Notes under the pieces: generated by a model
Databases searched by the model: none
Seen by the model: only the letters and a program-made list of their open reading frames with translations
What the model was told of the DNA's origin: nothing
Made by a program: the position numbers and the translations under genes
Shown: positions 1-10,473 of the stretch, in pieces
Layout: each line of letters begins with the position of its first letter
Numbering within the stretch: position 1 is the stretch's first letter
From: Clostridiales bacterium
GTDB taxonomy: Bacteria > Bacillota > Clostridia > Acetivibrionales > RGIG10202
Direction of reading: 5' to 3'
DNA length: 64,000 nucleotides
NCBI GenBank assembly: GCA_017961515.1
Contig: JAGCXC010000028.1
Coordinates: forward strand, 6,853-70,852

Positions 1-417
1 ATCAAAATAGGGGATAAAAAAGATAAAATATTGCTTGATGCATGTAGAGAAGGCAATGTTGAAGTAGCCCAAAAAATGATAAAAAAAGGTGCAGATTGTA
101 AAGTACTATTTGGATTAAATGGTACACAGATGGGAGCAATTTACAATGATGTTATACGAGAATACTTAAATGAAAGTATTAGTAAGATGGACAGTTCCAT
201 TAATAGATTATATGATATTCCCACAAAAGATAGTGATAAGGAGATATCAAAGGTTTCTTCAGAGTTAAATAAAGTAATGGAAGTTTTAAATGATTTGAAA
301 GAAATTGATAAGGTACATAAATACGATGGATACGGGAATGAATTGGTGCAACAAAGGATACGTCTTATGGAAGCTACCAGATATACTAAAGAAAGAGGTA
401 GGGGTAGGAGCATGTAA
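1..417 (+). CDS. Ankyrin-repeat protein, 3' part (5' end lies outside the window), with a conserved C-terminal helical domain and basic tail
   Basis: Frame 1 is open from base 1 (IKIGDKKDKILLDACREGNVEVAQKMIKKGADC...). It continues YLNESISKMD...KVHKYDGYGNELVQQRIRLMEA and ends KERGRGRSM. About four fifths of residues match the C-terminus of 620..2239 by manual alignment. Confidence 0.7.
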   Translation: MKIGDKKDKILLDACREGNVEVAQKMIKKGADCKVLFGLNGTQMGAIYNDVIREYLNESISKMDSSINRLYDIPTKDSDKEISKVSSELNKVMEVLNDLKEIDKVHKYDGYGNELVQQRIRLMEATRYTKERGRGRSM

Positions 418-464
418 GTTTTCTTAATTATAAACTAAAAATGTCTTGATTTTAGGTTGAGAGG

Positions 465-510
465 CGAGTTTACTCAGTAGTTCTAGACTGGGTAGGCTCG
501 TATTTTTTTT
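465..510 (+). terminator. Rho-independent terminator after the first ankyrin gene
   Basis: Stem CGAGTTTACTCAG / CTGGGTAGGCTCG (with G-U pairs) followed by TATTTTTTTT. Confidence 0.6.
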
Positions 511-619
511 GTAAATGTACTGAAAAAAGGTTTTTTTGTCGAAAAAGTAAAGGGACAAATTTAATTTACTTATGGTGTGACATGGATAGTTGTGTTTGTG
601 TAATAAGGAGGAAAGTAGT

Positions 620-2239
620 ATGAATAATGTATTAAAACAGGCGTTGTTGAAAAAGAATGAAGCATTAGCAAAAAGGATGATAAATCAAGAATTATCCCAA
701 AATGGGGAAATTGAGAATATTGATGAAATATGGAAATTGGTGTGCCGAAAAGATATACCCAATTTAGCGAAAGAGTTGATGGTTAGAGGAGAAGCTTCCA
801 GTATAAGATTAAATTTTCGGGGAGATGGGCCATTGTTGTATGCATGTAAAAATGGAGGAAGAAAAGTGGCAAAAGTATTGATAGAATTAGGAGCAAATGT
901 TAATGAGTCAAACAGTTACAAGGGTACACCATTGATAGAGGCGTGTAAAAAAGGTATGGATGAAGTGACAAAGGCATTAGTAGAAAAAGGTGCAAATATC
1001 AATGCAGTAGATAAATTTGGTAATACGCCATTAATATATGCGTGTACAAGTGGTAACGAAAATATAGCGATAGCATTATTGGCAAAGGGAGTAATCTTAA
1101 AAGATAAGTTTGGTAGTATTCCATTAATGTATGCATGTCAAGATGGCATGAATGAGGTAGTAAAAGCATTAATAGATGGGGGTGTAAACATTAATGTGCA
1201 AGATAATGATGGTAATACGCCATTAGTACATGCGTGTGTAGGCGGGAATGAAGAAATAGTAAAAATGTTGATAGGAAAAGGAGCAAACGTTAATATACAA
1301 AATAAGTTTGGAAACACACCATTGATGCGCGCGTGTCAAGATGGAATGAATGAAATAGTAAAAGCATTGATAAATGGAGGAGCAGATATAAATATTGAAG
1401 ATGAAGACGGTAATACAGCATTAATGTTTGCAACTGCAAAAGAAAAAGAAGAAATAGTAAAAACGTTGAAAGGTAAAATGTTAATAGATGCATGTCGTAA
1501 TGGACGAGATATAGAGGCAAAAGAGTTAGTAGAACAAGGAGCAGAGGTTAATATAATAGATCAAGATGGGAATACACCATTATTATGGGCATGGAAAAAT
1601 GGAATGAAAGAAGTGGCTCAAATATTAATAGATGGAGGAGCAGATATAAATGTGAAAGACAGGTTTGGAAATACAGGGCTTATGTACACACTTTATACAC
1701 TTAAAAAGAATGCGAATAAAATATCTATAAAACGTATAAGTAGAAAGCCAAGAGAGATAATAGACATACTAAAAGATAGGGTAGATAGTGCTAGAGTGGT
1801 AGAGAACAAAATAAATATTAAAATAAAGAATGATAAAGATAGAATGCTACTAAATACATGTAAAGAATGTAAATTTAAAGAGGCAAAAGAATTGATAGAT
1901 AAAGGTGCAAATTGTAAAATATTACTTAAATTAAGCGACATACAAAGGGAAGAAGTTTACAATAATGTGATATTAAAATATTTGAATGAAAGTATAAGTA
2001 ATATGGATAGTTTTATTAATAAATTATATTATATTCCCATAAAATATAGTGATAAAGAGATATCAAAAGTTTCTTTAGAGTTAAATAAAATAATGGAAGT
2101 TTTAACAGATTTGAAGAAAATTGATAAGGTACATAAATATGATGAATATGGGAATGAATTAGTGCAACAAAGGATACGTTTTATGGAAGCTATCAAATAT
2201 ATAAAAGGAAAAGGTAAAAGTAAGGGTAGAGGCGTATAA
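620..2239 (+). CDS. Ankyrin-repeat protein (539 aa from ATG 620)
   Basis: About 11 repeats of the G-(N)TPL-(MIL)-YAC...G...(IV)(VA)K-L(IL)..GA(ND)(IV)N pattern. RBS AAGGAGG lies 8 nt before ATG 620, so the track start at 590 is probably too long. C-terminal domain is paralogous to 1..417; tail is KGKGKSKGRGV. Confidence 0.85.
   Translation: MNNVLKQALLKKNEALAKRMINQELSQNGEIENIDEIWKLVCRKDIPNLAKELMVRGEASSIRLNFRGDGPLLYACKNGGRKVAKVLIELGANVNESNSYKGTPLIEACKKGMDEVTKALVEKGANINAVDKFGNTPLIYACTSGNENIAIALLAKGVILKDKFGSIPLMYACQDGMNEVVKALIDGGVNINVQDNDGNTPLVHACVGGNEEIVKMLIGKGANVNIQNKFGNTPLMRACQDGMNEIVKALINGGADINIEDEDGNTALMFATAKEKEEIVKTLKGKMLIDACRNGRDIEAKELVEQGAEVNIIDQDGNTPLLWAWKNGMKEVAQILIDGGADINVKDRFGNTGLMYTLYTLKKNANKISIKRISRKPREIIDILKDRVDSARVVENKINIKIKNDKDRMLLNTCKECKFKEAKELIDKGANCKILLKLSDIQREEVYNNVILKYLNESISNMDSFINKLYYIPIKYSDKEISKVSLELNKIMEVLTDLKKIDKVHKYDEYGNELVQQRIRFMEAIKYIKGKGKSKGRGV
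1844..2239 (+). repeat. Direct repeat of about 390 bp; partner copy at 31..417
   Basis: Both copies encode (L)L..C.E......K..I.KGA.CK...YLNESIS.MDS.IN.LY.IP.K.SDKEISKVS.ELNK.MEVL.DLK.IDKVHKYD.YGNELVQQRIR.MEA. The last 250 nt or so are identical at most positions by eye. Confidence 0.8.
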
Positions 2240-2274
2240 TCTAGAGAGAATACAAAAAAATATTGAACTAAAAA

Positions 2275-2315
2275 CTATAGCCATTTGGGGTAACAAATAC
2301 TCCAAATAGCTATAG
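2275..2315. terminator. Hairpin between convergent genes (bidirectional terminator candidate)
   Basis: CTATAGCCATTTGG ... CCAAATAGCTATAG, a 14-bp stem with one mismatch, lying between the stops at 2239 (+) and 2337 (-). Confidence 0.55.
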
Positions 2316-2336
2316 TACGTAATACTTTCTATAATA

Positions 2337-2786
2337 CTATTTATCGCAATGACAACCACAATTGTCATTCTCATCTTCATAGATAACATCTATTTTTTGA
2401 TGACAGTTAGGACATTCAACAAAATTTGTATCTTCACCAAAAATATCCACATCAAAGCTAGTTTCTTCTTTGCAATGAGGACATTCCACAGTTATATATT
2501 TTACGTCATCATCATCAGAGCAGCCACAATCGCAATCACATGAATCATAATCGTCTCTATTGTTGCTGTATACAAACTCCTCTAAATCTCCCAAATCTTC
2601 ATCTATTCCTTCTATTTGATCTTCTAGCTCTTCTATAGCGTTTCTGTCATCTTCTAATGCACAAGCAACATCATTTAAAATGTTTAATATTTGTAATAAT
2701 ATTTTACCTTCATTTGTTGAGTCATCAATTTTTAGTCCATCCGCCAATCCTTTTACGTATGAAACTTTATCGCTCATTAAACTCAT
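2337..2786 (-). CDS. Acidic protein with C-terminal zinc ribbon (resembles the family annotated as CD1247 N-terminal domain-containing protein); function unknown
   Basis: N-terminus is KVSYVKGLADGLKIDDSTNEGKILLQILNILNDVA. It has an acidic linker and CPHC...CPNC plus CGCHC cysteine pairs. RBS GGAGG lies 8 nt upstream. It is adjacent to efp. Confidence 0.6.
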   Translation of the reverse strand: MSLMSDKVSYVKGLADGLKIDDSTNEGKILLQILNILNDVACALEDDRNAIEELEDQIEGIDEDLGDLEEFVYSNNRDDYDSCDCDCGCSDDDDVKYITVECPHCKEETSFDVDIFGEDTNFVECPNCHQKIDVIYEDENDNCGCHCDK

Positions 2787-2817
2787 AACTCATACCTCCT
2801 TTTATACTAAGTATCTG

Positions 2818-3375
2818 CTAAACTCTTTCCATATATTCCTCTGTACGCGTATCTATTCTTATAACATCACCTACGTTGACGAATAATGGTACTTTTACTG
2901 TGGCACCTGTTTCAACAGTAGCTGGCTTAGTTGCTCCAGTAGCTGTATCTCCTTTGAAACCAGGCTCTGTATCTGTAACTTCAAGCTCGACAAATATAGG
3001 TGGTTCTATTCCAAACACATTGTCTTTATGTGACAATATTTTTACAATTACATTCTCTTTCACGAATTTCAATGAATCACCAACAGTATCCTTTCCTAAT
3101 GGAATCTGCTCATATGTATCAACATCCATGAAATAATACAAATCTCCGTCCGAGTAAAGGTACTCCATGTCTTTTCTCTCTATATGAGCCTTTGGCATTT
3201 TATCTGAAGGATTGAATGTTTTCTCAACTGTAGCACCAGTTATGATATTCTTAAGTTTAGTTCTAACAAATGCTGCACCTTTTCCAGGTTTAACATGTTG
3301 GAATTCTATAATCTGAAATATATCATTATCCATCTCAAAAGTAACGCCATTCCTAAAATCACCAGCTGTAATCAT
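2818..3375 (-). CDS. efp: Elongation factor P
   Basis: [43 protein letters not shown] is the canonical EF-P N-terminus and KPGKG loop. RBS GGAGG precedes the internal ATG at 3375; the track start at 3441 adds 22 unsupported residues. Confidence 0.95.
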   Translation of the reverse strand: MITAGDFRNGVTFEMDNDIFQIIEFQHVKPGKGAAFVRTKLKNIITGATVEKTFNPSDKMPKAHIERKDMEYLYSDGDLYYFMDVDTYEQIPLGKDTVGDSLKFVKENVIVKILSHKDNVFGIEPPIFVELEVTDTEPGFKGDTATGATKPATVETGATVKVPLFVNVGDVIRIDTRTEEYMERV

Positions 3376-3610
3376 ACCTTTCTGACCTCCTAACTCTATT
3401 CTCAATGCATGGTCATGCAATGTGTCCTCTTGACCTACCAAAAACCGACAGATTTAAGTATATCAAAAAAAAATAATGATTGCAAGTGGTATTTATAATT
3501 TTTTTGAAGCATACATATTACTGTACTAGAAAAAATAAGAATTAATAAGATATCTTGAGAAAAATGAAGAAAACACAACAAGATTAGTCATATTTGGCTA
3601 AATAGATAAG

Positions 3611-3670
3611 TTGTAATAAAATCAAATAAGTATATAATATATTTTAGCACTCAGTAGACATGAGTGCTAA
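3611..3670 (+). promoter_or_regulatory. groESL promoter with CIRCE (HrcA) operator
   Basis: TTGTAA (3611) - 16 nt - TATAAT (3633). A perfect CIRCE, TTAGCACTC-N9-GAGTGCTAA, lies at 3644..3670. Confidence 0.9.
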
Positions 3671-3692
3671 CAAAAGGAAGGGGATGTTAGAT

Positions 3693-3977
3693 ATGAAGAT
3701 TAAACCTTTATTAGATAGGGTTGTTGTAAAAAAAATTGAGAGTGAAGAGACAACAAAAAGTGGTATTGTGTTGCCTGGTAGTGCAAAAGAGAAACCAGAG
3801 GTGGCCCAAGTTGTTGCAGTAGGTCCAGGCGGAATAATAGATGGAAAAGAAGTTAAGATGGAAGTGAAAGTTGGAGATAGAGTATTAACCAGCAAGTATG
3901 CAGGTACGGAAGTTAAGTTTGAAGGATCGGAGTACACAATAGTAAGACAAAGTGATATATTAGCGATAGTTGAATAA
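3693..3977 (+). CDS. groES: Co-chaperonin GroES
   Basis: [35 protein letters not shown]... (94 aa), with RBS AAGGAAGGGG upstream of ATG 3693. Confidence 0.95.
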   Translation: MKIKPLLDRVVVKKIESEETTKSGIVLPGSAKEKPEVAQVVAVGPGGIIDGKEVKMEVKVGDRVLTSKYAGTEVKFEGSEYTIVRQSDILAIVE

Positions 3978-3985
3978 TATAGTAG

Positions 3986-5632
<1,647 letters not shown>

Positions 5633-5657
5633 TACAGTTGTACACCAATATAGTCCG

Positions 5658-5692
5658 AAATACCCTAACTTTTATTAAGGAAGGGTATTTTT
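5658..5692 (+). terminator. groEL terminator
   Basis: AAATACCCT ... AGGGTATTT stem followed by TT. Confidence 0.7.
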
Positions 5693-5959
5693 GCTATATA
5701 CTAAGCTTAGTCAAAAAAATGGGAGATTAAAGCAATAAAGTTAAATAAATGTATATATTATATTTTTGTTGTATTTGTTGTGAAGTACAAAAGAAAAGTT
5801 TTTGACAATAACATTAAAACTATATTTCTCCTAAATAATATAGTCTTCAAATAAGTGGAATCATGCTAAGGATATTTGTTCCTTGTAACGTAGTCACCTT
5901 AATATATAGATAGACATAATATAAATAAAATATGATAACAAAGATAAGGAGCAATCAAG

Positions 5960-6274
5960 ATGGCTAGTATAATAGTGCAGATATTTTTATACACATTTTT
6001 TATTTATGGTGTGTCAAGCTTTGTTGGACAAATAGTTTCACGAGTACATAAGAGTTCGCGTAAGATACCTGTGGATAGTATATTATTTGTGAAGGATCAA
6101 GAGGATACTATAGAACTAGATATAAATAATATCCTAAGTCGAATTTATGGTAGGCTTATTGTAATTGATAGAGGATCAACTGATGACACTCTACGGATAT
6201 TAAAGAAGATGGAGTTTGCAAATGAAAATATGACAGTGGTGACAGTGGGTGATAGTGTACAGTTGGGAGGGTAA
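5960..6274 (+). CDS. Small membrane-anchored hypothetical protein with a GT-A-like N-terminal fragment
   Basis: Strong RBS AAGGAG. N-terminal hydrophobic helix IIVQIFLYTFFIYGVSSFVG, then LIVIDRGSTDDTLRILKK, which resembles the DxGSTDxT motif of family-2 glycosyltransferases. At 104 aa it is too short for a full GT. Confidence 0.45.
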   Translation: MASIIVQIFLYTFFIYGVSSFVGQIVSRVHKSSRKIPVDSILFVKDQEDTIELDINNILSRIYGRLIVIDRGSTDDTLRILKKMEFANENMTVVTVGDSVQLGG

Positions 6275-6285
6275 AAAACTACCTA

Positions 6286-6314
6286 TTGAAAAAAATATTA
6301 TTAGGATGTATAAT
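6286..6314 (+). promoter_or_regulatory. Sigma-A type promoter for the dehydratase-like/que operon
   Basis: TTGAAA (6286) - 17 nt - TATAAT (6309). This leaves only about 40 nt of 5' UTR before the TTG start at 6361. Confidence 0.55.
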
Positions 6315-6360
6315 ACCATTTAGGTGCAAGGAACTTAACATATGAAATGAGGTAGTAGTT

Positions 6361-7344
6361 TTGGGAAGGATAGGTATTACGACGAGTGTTCCAGTTGAAG
6401 TACTGATTGCATCTAGGAACACTCCAGTTGATTTAAATAATATATTTGTTACCAATAAGAATACGTTGGCGTGGGTTGAATTAGCGGAGATGGATGGATT
6501 TCCAAGGAGCATATGTGCATGGATAAAAGGATTGTACGCAAGTGTTGTTCAATCAGAGGATATAGATACAATAATAGGAGTAGTGGAGGGTGATTGTTCT
6601 AATACAAGAGGGCTAATTGAGGTGTTGGAACAACGTGGTATAAAAACGATTCCCTTTGCATTTCCTCATTCAAAGGATTATAATATATTGGAAGGGAACA
6701 TATTACGATTATGTGATTCTTTGAATACAACCTGGGATGAGTCGGTATTAGTGAAAAGGGAGCTTGATAAGATACGAAAAAAGGTAGCATATGTTGATTT
6801 ACTAACATGGAGAGACGACAAAGTAACAGGGTTTGAGAATCATCTTTGGCAAGTGTCGTGTAGTGATTTCGATAGTGATTATAAGGAATTTGATAGTCGT
6901 TTGGATAAATTTATAGCTGATGTAGAAAAACGGCATCCCCCAAAAAGATCAGTGAGACTTGGGTATATGGGGGTTCCGCCAATATTTACGGATATATATG
7001 ATTTCGTTGAGGAGCATGATGCAAAGATAGTATATAATGAAGTTCAACGACAGTTTAGTATGGTAGATGGGATTGGTAATGATGATATAACCCAAGTGTA
7101 TTTAAATTATACATATCCGTATGATCTAAATGGAAGGCTTAGTGATATAAAAAAGAATATTAATCTAAGAGGAATTGATGGAATTATACATTATGTACAA
7201 GCCTTTTGTTATAGAGGGATAGAAGATATTATAGTAAAGGATTTACTGGGGATACCTGTTTTGACTATAGAAGGGGACAGGCCAGGTGAGCTTGATGCTA
7301 GGACAAAATTGAGAATAGAATCTTTTATAGATATGTTGGAGTGA
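6361..7344 (+). CDS. 2-hydroxyacyl-CoA dehydratase family protein (HgdB/BcrB-like, single subunit)
   Basis: N-terminus RIGITTSVPVEVLIASRNTPVDLNNIF and three spaced Cys (SICAW, EGDCSN, AFCYRG) are typical of the HGD-D family. RBS GAGG precedes the TTG start. The activase gene follows 4 nt downstream. Confidence 0.7.
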   Translation: MGRIGITTSVPVEVLIASRNTPVDLNNIFVTNKNTLAWVELAEMDGFPRSICAWIKGLYASVVQSEDIDTIIGVVEGDCSNTRGLIEVLEQRGIKTIPFAFPHSKDYNILEGNILRLCDSLNTTWDESVLVKRELDKIRKKVAYVDLLTWRDDKVTGFENHLWQVSCSDFDSDYKEFDSRLDKFIADVEKRHPPKRSVRLGYMGVPPIFTDIYDFVEEHDAKIVYNEVQRQFSMVDGIGNDDITQVYLNYTYPYDLNGRLSDIKKNINLRGIDGIIHYVQAFCYRGIEDIIVKDLLGIPVLTIEGDRPGELDARTKLRIESFIDMLE

Positions 7345-7348
7345 TGTT

Positions 7349-8116
7349 GTGAAAATAGTAGGAATTGATTTGGGTAGTAGAAGCGTAAAGATTGTTGTAT
7401 TTGAAGATGATAATATGAAAGAAAGTAGTATTATTGATACAGCCAAGTTCTACAGAGAGTACTGTTCTAGTTCAAATGGTGAAATAGAAATTGATTTTGA
7501 AAAATTAAATCTTAATGGGTTCGACCAAATAATTAGTACAGGTTATGGTAGAAATAATGTTAACGTTAGTGGTGGCAAAAAAATAGTTGAACTCAAGGCG
7601 CATTTGTATGGAGCAATATACACTACAGGATTAAGAGATTTCGTGCTTTTAGATGTAGGTGGACAGGATAGCAAAATAATATTGGTAGATGGAGGCAAAA
7701 TGAAAGATATATTGCTAAATGATAAGTGTGCTGCGTCTTGTGGTAGATATTTAGAAAATATGTCGAACGTACTGGGCTTAAAGCTTAGTGAAATGACGCG
7801 CTATAGTAGTGGTCCAGTAAAATTAAACTCTACTTGTGCAATTTTTTCAGAGTCTGAGTTAATAGGCAAAATATCTGAAGGAGTTGATTTGCCTAGGCTT
7901 GCAGCTGGTGTAAATTATTCTTTGTATAAGAGGATACAACCGAAACTTGCAAGTTTTAGAAAAGATACATTGGTTGTAACAGGAGGAGTAGCAAAAAACA
8001 GTGCGTTTATAAATTTTATAAAAGAAGAAGGAATTTATAAAAATGTTATAGTGCCTAGGCATACACAGCTAAATGGAGCGATAGGGTGTTGTGTTTGGGC
8101 TTTAGGAAAAGTTTAA
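7349..8116 (+). CDS. Acyl-CoA dehydratase activase (BcrAD/BadFG, HgdC-like ATPase)
   Basis: Shows the ASKHA-fold activase pattern: MKIVGIDLGSRSVKIVV...STGYGR...LDVGGQDSK...NDKCAASCGRYLE...VVTGGVAKN. The paired Cys in CAASCG bridge the [4Fe-4S] cluster in characterised activases. Confidence 0.85.
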   Translation: MKIVGIDLGSRSVKIVVFEDDNMKESSIIDTAKFYREYCSSSNGEIEIDFEKLNLNGFDQIISTGYGRNNVNVSGGKKIVELKAHLYGAIYTTGLRDFVLLDVGGQDSKIILVDGGKMKDILLNDKCAASCGRYLENMSNVLGLKLSEMTRYSSGPVKLNSTCAIFSESELIGKISEGVDLPRLAAGVNYSLYKRIQPKLASFRKDTLVVTGGVAKNSAFINFIKEEGIYKNVIVPRHTQLNGAIGCCVWALGKV

Positions 8117-8129
8117 GGAGGGTGATTTT

Positions 8130-8807
8130 GTGAAAAAAGCAGTTATATTATTGTCAGGTGGATTAGATAGTACTACATGTATATCATATGCTATAAGTGA
8201 GGGGTATGAAGTTTATCCAATTTCGTTTGATTATGGACAGAGGTTAAATAGAGAACTTGAGTGTGCAAAAAAGGTAGTAGAGCACTTTGGAGTAAAGACT
8301 CATAAAATAATAAAAATGGACAACGTAGGTGGAAGTGCATTAACTGATATGAAAATTGATGTTCCAAAGTTTGAAGGAGATGGAGAAATACCTGTGACGT
8401 ACGTACCAGCGAGGAATATGATATTTTTAAGCTATGCTACAGGGTACGCAGAGGTTGTTGGTGCAGATTCAATATTTATTGGTGTTAATGCAGTAGATTA
8501 TAGTGGTTATCCTGATTGCAGAGAAGAATTTATTGATGCATTTCAGAAAATGATAAATGTTGGGACAAAGCGAGGGGTGGAGGGTAATCCTATAAAAATA
8601 GAAACACCTTTATTACATTTGTCTAAAGGTGAGATAGTGAAGCTTGCAGTAAAAGTTAATGCTCCACTTCAATATTCTACAAGTTGCTACAATGGAAAAG
8701 ATAGGGCATGTGGTGTGTGTGATAGCTGCACATTAAGGCTTCGTGGATTTAAAGAAGCGGGACTCATAGATCCTATTCCGTACGAAAATGATGTAAATTT
8801 TAAATAG
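8130..8807 (+). CDS. queC: 7-cyano-7-deazaguanine synthase
   Basis: LLSGGLDSTT PP-loop, PARN, and a C-terminal CxxCxxC zinc site (CGVCDSC). RBS GGAGGG upstream. Confidence 0.93.
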   Translation: MKKAVILLSGGLDSTTCISYAISEGYEVYPISFDYGQRLNRELECAKKVVEHFGVKTHKIIKMDNVGGSALTDMKIDVPKFEGDGEIPVTYVPARNMIFLSYATGYAEVVGADSIFIGVNAVDYSGYPDCREEFIDAFQKMINVGTKRGVEGNPIKIETPLLHLSKGEIVKLAVKVNAPLQYSTSCYNGKDRACGVCDSCTLRLRGFKEAGLIDPIPYENDVNFK

Positions 8808-8823
8808 AGGTGATAATAAAATT

Positions 8824-9183
8824 ATGATAAGTGTTACAAAAATTTTTACGTTTGATAGTGCGCATAACTTGAGAGATTATGAAGGTGCATGTAAAAATTT
8901 GCATGGTCACACTTATAAGCTAGAGGTGACGGTTACTGGAGAGATAAATAAAATAGGAATGATATGTGATTTTAATAAGCTTAGTTCATTAGTAAAAAGT
9001 GGTATTATATCAAGACTTGATCACAAATATCTAAATGAAGTATTTGAATTTAATCCGACGTGTGAAATGATGGTTAAATGGATGTGGGATGAGTGCGAAA
9101 AGATGTTTTGTAATGAAGAATGTAAGTTAGAGAAGATAGTTTTGTGGGAGACACCGACAAGCTTTGCGACAATAACTAGATAA
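8824..9183 (+). CDS. queD: 6-carboxytetrahydropterin synthase
   Basis: 119 aa with FDSAHNL...LHGHTYKLEVTV...DHKYLN, the PTPS/QueD His triad pattern. Confidence 0.9.
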   Translation: MISVTKIFTFDSAHNLRDYEGACKNLHGHTYKLEVTVTGEINKIGMICDFNKLSSLVKSGIISRLDHKYLNEVFEFNPTCEMMVKWMWDECEKMFCNEECKLEKIVLWETPTSFATITR

Positions 9184-9195
9184 AGAGGGATAATT

Positions 9196-9825
9196 ATGAA
9201 AGTAAATGAAATTTTCTTGAGTATACAAGGAGAAAGTAAATCAATAGGATTGCCAACCGTTTTTGTTAGGTTTACGGGATGCAATTTAAGATGCAGTTAT
9301 TGTGATACTAAGTATGCGTATGATGAAGGGTACGATATGTCGTGTGATGATATTGTGGCTAGAGTAGAAGAGCTTGGTTGTAAAAGAGTTTGCTTAACAG
9401 GAGGAGAACCGTTGTTGCAAAAAGATATACAGTGTCTAATGGACAGGCTTTGTGATTATGAGGTATCGATAGAGACGAATGGATCTATTGATATAAGTAA
9501 GTTTAAACTTGGTAATATGCATAGATTTGTTATGGATGTTAAATTGGATTCGTCAGAATGTTATAATAAAATGATACTTAGTAATTTTGAGTATCTTAAA
9601 GATAGCGATGAAATAAAATTTGTGGTTGGAAGTAGGCTTGATTATGAAAGAGCTAAGGAGGTAATCAATACGTATCATCGACGTGGTCAATTGATAATAT
9701 CACCTGTGTTTGGCAAGATTGATTATGCCAAAATAGTTGAGTGGATATTGCAAGATAAGCTAGATATTCGGTTTCAGTTGCAGATACACAAAATAATATG
9801 GGATAAAGACAAAAGAGGAGTGTGA
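9196..9825 (+). CDS. queE: 7-carboxy-7-deazaguanine synthase (radical SAM)
   Basis: EIFLSIQGES...VFVRFTGCNLRCSYCDT (CxxxCxxC), then LTGGEPL. 209 aa. Confidence 0.9.
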   Translation: MKVNEIFLSIQGESKSIGLPTVFVRFTGCNLRCSYCDTKYAYDEGYDMSCDDIVARVEELGCKRVCLTGGEPLLQKDIQCLMDRLCDYEVSIETNGSIDISKFKLGNMHRFVMDVKLDSSECYNKMILSNFEYLKDSDEIKFVVGSRLDYERAKEVINTYHRRGQLIISPVFGKIDYAKIVEWILQDKLDIRFQLQIHKIIWDKDKRGV

Positions 9826-10403
9826 CAGCGTTGATAAAGACATGGGAAGAGCTAGAAATGGCGTGTAAAACTTGTAATAGATGTTGCCTTTCTACTACAA
9901 GAAACAATGTTGTTTTTGGTAGAGGTAATAAGGATGCGAGGATTCTCATTATAGGGGAAGGCCCCGGTGCAGATGAGGATATGAAAGGAGAGCCTTTTGT
10001 CGGGAGAGCAGGAAAGTTGCTAGATAATCTCCTTTGTGCAGTAGGGATATCTCAAGATGAAATATATATAGCAAACATAGTAAAGTGTCGTCCACCTCAA
10101 AATAGAGTACCAACACAAGAGGAAGCAAGAATATGTATAAATTATCTACGAAATCAAGTATACTTACAAAAACCAAATATAATTGTGTGTTTGGGTAACA
10201 CAGCATCGAGGTATGTGTTAGAGTGTGAAGTAAAAATTACTGAAATGCGTGGCAAATGGATTGAAAAGAAAAACGTACTTATAATGCCAACATTTCACCC
10301 AGCTGCACTATTGCGAGATGGGTCTAAAAAGATTCCTATGTTTGAGGATCTAAAGAAGGTGCGAGATAAAATTATTGAGTTAAAGGAGGGAAAAAACATT
10401 TAA
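9822..10403 (+). CDS. udg: Uracil-DNA glycosylase, family 4
   Basis: CKTCNRC, then GEGPGADEDMKGEPFVGRAGKLLD (motif A) and FHPAALLR (motif B). The start overlaps the queE stop (GTGA). Confidence 0.85.
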   Translation: MTALIKTWEELEMACKTCNRCCLSTTRNNVVFGRGNKDARILIIGEGPGADEDMKGEPFVGRAGKLLDNLLCAVGISQDEIYIANIVKCRPPQNRVPTQEEARICINYLRNQVYLQKPNIIVCLGNTASRYVLECEVKITEMRGKWIEKKNVLIMPTFHPAALLRDGSKKIPMFEDLKKVRDKIIELKEGKNI

Positions 10404-10443
10404 ATTTTTAAAAAAATTAAGGTGGTAATAGATGGTGAATTTT

Positions 10444-10473
10444 TTGACGTCAATGAGAAAACATTGACGTCAA
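10444..10473. promoter_or_regulatory. Two perfect 10-bp palindromes TTGACGTCAA spaced 20 bp centre to centre (candidate operator)
   Basis: TTGACGTCAA occurs at 10444..10453 and 10464..10473. A degenerate third copy, AATTACGTTAA, ends at about 10484, and TATAAT lies at 10491. Confidence 0.35.

Noticed and set aside
6275-6360. Looked for a preQ1 riboswitch upstream of the que-containing operon
   Set aside because: The promoter at 6286..6314 leaves only about 40 nt of leader. I found no P1 stem followed by the A-rich ...CUA...AGG tail typical of preQ1-I.
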